From assembly GCA_037128175.1 (NCBI GenBank), contig JBAXWY010000023.1, positions 1-43,089 of the forward strand: a stretch of 43,089 bases of DNA, written 5' to 3'. The stretch's first letter is position 1, and every line of letters starts with the position of its first letter. Origin of the DNA: Methanothrix sp. (GTDB taxonomy: Archaea > Halobacteriota > Methanosarcinia > Methanotrichales > Methanotrichaceae). A program made the translations under genes and the position numbers. Below, in pieces: positions 38,353-43,089 of this stretch. The notes under the pieces are model-generated. The model was not told the DNA's origin and did no database searches. It saw only the letters and a list, made by a program, of their open reading frames with translations.

Positions 38353-38498
38353 AGTATGTCTATTCTAAGTGTAATGTTAAGTACTTTCGCCAGAAAACAA
38401 TATCAATAAACCATTTTTACATAATAGAAAGTATGAATAAGATATAAAAGAGAGAATGATATTGAAGCGGACCCATCATCTATTCTCTCTGAAGTCTC

Positions 38499-39825
38499 GG
38501 TAGCGTGCCATCTTTGCTGTAAATTCGCAGTGGCCCCGTATCCTGATTTAACTCACTCCTCCAAGGATAAATACCTTTTACCAGTTATCCAATCTTCGTT
38601 GATATCCATCATGATGCAAACCGCCACTCTTAGGAGCGATTGATCATTTGAGTACGCACCTGCTACGCGACTTCTTCTTTTCAGCTCTTTGTTGATTCTC
38701 TCCAGGCCGTTAGTAGTTCGGATCCTTCTCCAATGTTGTCTGGGAAATGATTTGTAATTCCAAAGATCGAATCGGAATCTATCAATTGTGGCAGCAGATT
38801 TTTTATGTCCGTTAGCTTGAAGAACAACGGCCAGTTTTTGCATCTTACTCTCATCTTCAAGAGCATCTTTTAGCATGTAAGCTACCTCTTTTTTGTCTTT
38901 CTTCGGGATGTTCTTGAGCACTGCTCTCATGAAATGAACGTTACACATCTGCCAAGATGCTCCTAGAAACGTTTTTTCGACAGCCGCTTGTATTCCTTTA
39001 TGGCCATCAGATATCACTAATTTGACGCCTTTAAGTCCTCTGGCCTTTAGGCAGTCTAAGCAACTTTCCCAACAAGATTCATCTTCACTATCCGCAACCA
39101 TAGCATTCAGAATTTCTCGATAACCATCGTCGTGAATAGCAGTGACCACAAGCAGTGCCTTGTTTATATATCGACCATCTGTTCTGACTTTGAAGTAGCT
39201 TGCATCTAAGAACAGATACGAGATAGGTTCTTCGATCGGCCTGTCCAGAAATTCTTTGACTTGTTTATCCAGCCTCTTCGCGATTCTTGAAACTTCAGAG
39301 GCAGAAATATGATCCAATCCGAATTTTGAGAATACCTTCTCGACTTTTCTCGTTGACACTCCTTCGAGATACGATTCAGCCACGGCGATTCTTACGGATT
39401 CCTCCACGCGAGAATATCTCTCGAATACTTTGGTCTTGAATGAAAACTCCCTGATTTGGGGTTTATCAAGCTCTATTTCCCCAGGGATGGTCTTAAGCAA
39501 TCGCGGTCTCGTTCCATTGCGATGTGCTCTTCTCTTGCCGGTGCGTTCGTAGGGTCTCGCCTGGATTTGCTTTTCAGCCTCAAAGCGCATTACCTCATTT
39601 AGGTAACCTGTCGTTAACTTTATCATCGCCTCTTTTGGATCGACAAGATAATCTTCTGCTAAGTCCGATACATTCATGGCTCTGTCTCCCTCTTGAGTTT
39701 GACGACTTGGGGATACAGGGCTATCATACACCAAGAAGTAATAACTTGCTGTTATCTCGTTCACGGCAAGTCGTTTCTTGATGCTTAATACTGCGGCTAT
39801 TTTACATCAAAACTGGCACGCAACC
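38499..39825 (-). mobile_element. IS256-family insertion sequence, 1327 bp, with 8-bp target site duplication
   Basis: TSD GAAGTCTC at 38491-38498 and 39826-39833; IRs GGTAGCGTGCCATCTTTGCTGTAAA and GGTTGCGTGCCAGTTTTGATGTAAA; empty site visible at 37141. Confidence 0.97.
38553..39677 (-). CDS. IS256 (mutator) transposase
   Basis: RNG.R.R, GVSTRKV, LFLDASY.KVR, ISDGHKG, WQMCNVHF, IRTTNGLERINKELKRR. Confidence 0.96.
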   Translation of the reverse strand: MNVSDLAEDYLVDPKEAMIKLTTGYLNEVMRFEAEKQIQARPYERTGKRRAHRNGTRPRLLKTIPGEIELDKPQIREFSFKTKVFERYSRVEESVRIAVAESYLEGVSTRKVEKVFSKFGLDHISASEVSRIAKRLDKQVKEFLDRPIEEPISYLFLDASYFKVRTDGRYINKALLVVTAIHDDGYREILNAMVADSEDESCWESCLDCLKARGLKGVKLVISDGHKGIQAAVEKTFLGASWQMCNVHFMRAVLKNIPKKDKKEVAYMLKDALEDESKMQKLAVVLQANGHKKSAATIDRFRFDLWNYKSFPRQHWRRIRTTNGLERINKELKRRSRVAGAYSNDQSLLRVAVCIMMDINEDWITGKRYLSLEE

Positions 39826-39981
39826 GAAGTCTCGATTGCCGAAAACATCAATAAGCTGAAGGATAAGGGAGAACTAGAATAGGAGTAGCGATGTTTGCGC
39901 TACAGCTATCACGCACCGCCCAAAAATCCTTAGATAAAAAATAGAAAGATTTATATACGTTTTAATCTATGTTATTGAGAT

Positions 39982-40101
39982 ATGTCAAAATCTTCAGACA
40001 AGATAACGGCGGGAAGAGAAAGTAAGAAGGCCCAAGCAGAGCAAAAAGATGCCGACAAAAAAGTGACGATCAGTAAAGAAACAGCGAGTAAATCCGTATA
40101 G
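39982..40101 (+). CDS. Putative 39-aa Lys/Ser-rich small protein
   Basis: MSKSSDKITAGRESKKAQAEQKDADKKVTISKETASKSV; BRE-TATA GAAAGATTTATATA at 39944-39957 placed for a leaderless mRNA. Confidence 0.5.
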   Translation: MSKSSDKITAGRESKKAQAEQKDADKKVTISKETASKSV

Positions 40102-40266
40102 AATCGTTTCATTTGGCAACGGGTTACCAGGAATATCTACCCAGCTAAAGAAATGATATTCACCCACTATTATAATAGAAACGAAACCGCAAATCTGGCC
40201 AGCAAGCTCTTCGCGAATTAAATGGAAGCCGTTCTAGGCCTCCATCGCGATCCTACTATATTAGCA

Positions 40267-42075
40267 TCACCTTGCTCCTCCGCCACCCCCGCCACCTCCT
40301 CCTCCGCCGCCAAAGCCGCCCCCGCTCCCGCCTGAGCCGCTCGATTGGGGACTGCTGGAGGAGTAGGCATGGCTGAAGTAGATATGCATGCTCTGCACAG
40401 CTACCGCCTCCGGGATGTGAATGTTCAGGTCGGCCATGGCTTCCATAACTTTATCTCCAACCCCAAGGGCCGTTGCATAGACCAGCCATTCCTTCCAGAG
40501 GATCAGGTCCTCGGGCGCGTACTTTTTGATCATAGCAAAGTCCGACAAAAAAACTCGGAAGGCATCCCACTCCAGCTTCTCCTTGTAGTAGTCCTGCTTC
40601 CACCTTCCCCAAAGGGCAGAGGGGGCAAAGGCCATCAAGGAAGCCTGGACCAACAGAATAAGTAGAGCCACAACCAATGGATTGGACAGAATGCTAAATC
40701 CGCCTAAAGCGGCAATAAAGAATATGGCGACATAGAGGATGACGAGCAGATCTCTTGTCCGGAAATGAATCCCGCCAAAGCTGCGCAGGCTTCTTCCCGC
40801 CACAAATTCAGAGGCTGCATCATGATTTGTATACCTGAGGAGACCATCCATCGCCTCGTGCATCTCTTGTAACCGGGATGTTTCGCTGGATTTCTGCAGG
40901 TTTTTTACATTACCTTCAAAGGCTTGAGCATTGAAGACACCATTGGTGGAGTTGCTCTTTAAGAAATTCAGAACCTTCTGCTCGTAGTCGTCCTCGCCTG
41001 ATTCCTCTGGCTGCAATAGCTTTATCCTTGTGCCGGTCACGGAGTCTATCTCTACGACGCCACGTCGATGCAGATCCAGAAGGGTGGCATAAAAACCATC
41101 CTTATCAAAGTCAAAGGCGTCGCCTTTAAAGACCAAATTCACCAGCCACGGCTTTCTTTTAGAGGGAACATAGCTCAACGTTTTGGGAACGGTATAGCGC
41201 TTCTCTCTCCCGAATCGATAGTAGACCGCCAAAAGAGCAAAGGGAAAGAGAAGGATCAATGCCTGAAGGGGCAAGAGCAGGTCATAGTCATATCCCTGAG
41301 CGGAAAGGGTCTTACCTTTTACATCCGTCACCTGTCTTGGGAAACCATCGAGCTGGCGAGAGGCCTCGGACCGAAGAAGCATCTCCAGCTCGATCATCTT
41401 ATCCTTCGGGCTGCTGCCGGTGATGACCCAGGCATCGCCCTCCCGGCGGAAGTCCATCTTGGGATGGGGGAAGAGCGAGACCAGCAGATCATCAGGATCA
41501 TGGATGTAGATGGAGACCTGGCGATAAGGAAGGTGATCATCTGCCAGCCTCAGATTCCAGTGGCAGAATTCCTGGTCGCACTCCAGGAAGGGATGGATGA
41601 GGAAACGATAATCAATGTGGTACTTTCCTGCGGAAAACATCTGCGTCTGCAGGCATCCCGCCTCGTTGATCTCGGCCAGATCTGCAATTCTATCTGTATA
41701 ATTTTTCGCTTGAGCAGAAAGAGGCGTCACATTGCCTGCCCAATTTTTCAGGTAGGGCACGCTGCCCTGGGGCGGCGATATCTTGAGCAAGGACACATAA
41801 GGAGATTTTATACGTTGTTCGGAGAGGGGCATCTTCCAGGAACGGTAGAGCATTTTGTATTTGCCGGAGGCACTTATGTCATAGACGAACTGCTCCGCCA
41901 GAGTCCCGTTCAGATAAATATCGGCCCGGTAGCTGTCCACATAAACATCTCCCAGGGTAACACCTGATGCAAACGATCCCACCATTCCGGGAATGCCTCC
42001 GGTTAAGAAGAGCCCGACGAGACCCACCAGAAAAACCAGGCCGATCCAGGCCGCAGCTTGACGCTCTTCGCCCAT
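40267..42075 (-). CDS. DUF2207-family membrane protein
   Basis: F.ATLLDL..RG, W..F..FLSDF, LWKEWLVYATALGV, Gly-rich GGGFGGGGGG terminus; downstream of lemA. Confidence 0.92.
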   Translation of the reverse strand: MGEERQAAAWIGLVFLVGLVGLFLTGGIPGMVGSFASGVTLGDVYVDSYRADIYLNGTLAEQFVYDISASGKYKMLYRSWKMPLSEQRIKSPYVSLLKISPPQGSVPYLKNWAGNVTPLSAQAKNYTDRIADLAEINEAGCLQTQMFSAGKYHIDYRFLIHPFLECDQEFCHWNLRLADDHLPYRQVSIYIHDPDDLLVSLFPHPKMDFRREGDAWVITGSSPKDKMIELEMLLRSEASRQLDGFPRQVTDVKGKTLSAQGYDYDLLLPLQALILLFPFALLAVYYRFGREKRYTVPKTLSYVPSKRKPWLVNLVFKGDAFDFDKDGFYATLLDLHRRGVVEIDSVTGTRIKLLQPEESGEDDYEQKVLNFLKSNSTNGVFNAQAFEGNVKNLQKSSETSRLQEMHEAMDGLLRYTNHDAASEFVAGRSLRSFGGIHFRTRDLLVILYVAIFFIAALGGFSILSNPLVVALLILLVQASLMAFAPSALWGRWKQDYYKEKLEWDAFRVFLSDFAMIKKYAPEDLILWKEWLVYATALGVGDKVMEAMADLNIHIPEAVAVQSMHIYFSHAYSSSSPQSSGSGGSGGGFGGGGGGGGGGGGAR

Positions 42076-42100
42076 TTTTGCATCACCTCATCTTTATTTT

Positions 42101-42700
42101 TCAGTCCCATTCTGTTTCCGGTCGGCGCGGCTCGATCTCATCGCTACTCAGATAGCCTGCCCGACGTAGCTCGTCCTCCTCGAAGCTGAGGTACTCCTGC
42201 TTGGACAGCCGGGCGAAGGAGGCGATGAAGCTGGAGGGCAGGGTATCGATCATGGTATTCAGCTCCTGAATGATATTGTTGTAAGTGTACCTGTGCCGGG
42301 AGATTTCATCCTCCACCTCGCGAACGGCATTCATAGTATTGATAACGGCATCAGAGGTCTTGAGGGCGGGATAGCTCTCCGCCACAGTCCTGATGTAGGA
42401 GAGCAGGCTCAAGCTGTCACGATTGATCTTGCGGATATCACCCGGATCTGCGCTCGATAGATCGGTCCGCATGCTGGTGATCTTTTCCAACGTCTCCTTT
42501 TCGAAATGGGCATAGCTTTTCACCATGTCCACAAGCTGCTCTACCATATCCAGCCGCTTCTTCATAGCTACACGGATCTGAGATAGGGTGGCATAAGCGC
42601 CGTTTCTCAAACTTTGCAGACGGTTGTATATAGTAACAAAATAGAATACGATTACTATGAATACAGCCAGAAGAACGAGGAGCAGCATGGATAGATCCAT
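42101..42700 (-). CDS. lemA: LemA family protein
   Basis: N-terminal TM, YNRL, KKRLD, Y..FEKETL, AESYPALK, EDEIS..R..YN. Confidence 0.92.
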   Translation of the reverse strand: MDLSMLLLVLLAVFIVIVFYFVTIYNRLQSLRNGAYATLSQIRVAMKKRLDMVEQLVDMVKSYAHFEKETLEKITSMRTDLSSADPGDIRKINRDSLSLLSYIRTVAESYPALKTSDAVINTMNAVREVEDEISRHRYTYNNIIQELNTMIDTLPSSFIASFARLSKQEYLSFEEDELRRAGYLSSDEIEPRRPETEWD

Positions 42701-42723
42701 AAGAGATAATGTAAACTACATCG

Positions 42724-43039
42724 TTAAATATTTAGCTGAATATCGCCTGGCCTTTCCGCCTCCACTTCCAGGCGCATCATCTGCACGTGAGCCTGGCCTT
42801 TCTCATCCAGAGGATACCTCTCCAGATATCTTCCTGCGATCTCTCTTACGAACTCGTCCCGCAAATGGACCGGCAGCCTCTCCGTGTAGGGCAGCCAGGT
42901 ATTCCTGATGATGCCCTCCAGGCCCGCCTGACCCTGATGGATCATGTCCTTGGCAACCAACTCCGCTATTTGGGGCTGCAGGCCCGCCTCCGCCAGCCAG
43001 GGTTCGTAATCTTCCTGCCCGTAGAAGTGATAGGGGGTA
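42724..43039 (-). pseudogene. 3' remnant of a class I SAM methyltransferase (Tam-like)
   Basis: PYHFYGQEDYEPWLAEAGL...IRNTWLPYTERLP...VQMMRLEVEA; in-frame stop just upstream and no SAM-binding N-terminus. Confidence 0.7.
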
Positions 43040-43089
43040 CGTGTTTAGCTCTCGCCTAAATTTTTAAAATTTCCATCAAAATTCATTTA

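Noticed and set aside
41068-41967. 299-aa plus-strand ORF and similar antisense/overlapping ORFs throughout
   Set aside because: Shadow frames of well-supported genes with no recognisable motifs

Overview
This is a chromosomal segment of a methanogenic euryarchaeon; gene content and the TPR and secreted-protein style suggest Methanothrix/Methanotrichales (inference). The core genes are tiaS, ppaC, tmk, mptE, cgi121, map, an M24 peptidase, GGGP synthase, rpl40e, malic enzyme, a hacB-unknown-aksF operon, isf/afpA, cfbA-cfbE-cfbD, secE and lemA/DUF2207. A tRNA-Ser(CGA) gene missing from the ORF track carries two non-canonical BHB-type introns. There are two accessory regions. The first (about 2.4-11 kb) holds secreted proteins, a 1114-aa repeat protein, complete IS630 and IS1 elements, and a partial ppaC duplicate. 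The second (about 32.9-40.1 kb) is a mosaic defence/MGE island with phage-like remnants, an EVE-nuclease-TPR fusion, an McrA-like HNH gene and an IS256. The most unusual structure is in that island: two tandem units in which different cargo genes sit between short direct repeats encoding WWQFWK-stop. Each unit is followed by a copy of a small unknown gene with a strongly conserved upstream non-coding block containing a dif-like 11-6-11 site. All calls come from motif recognition by eye; no searches were run.
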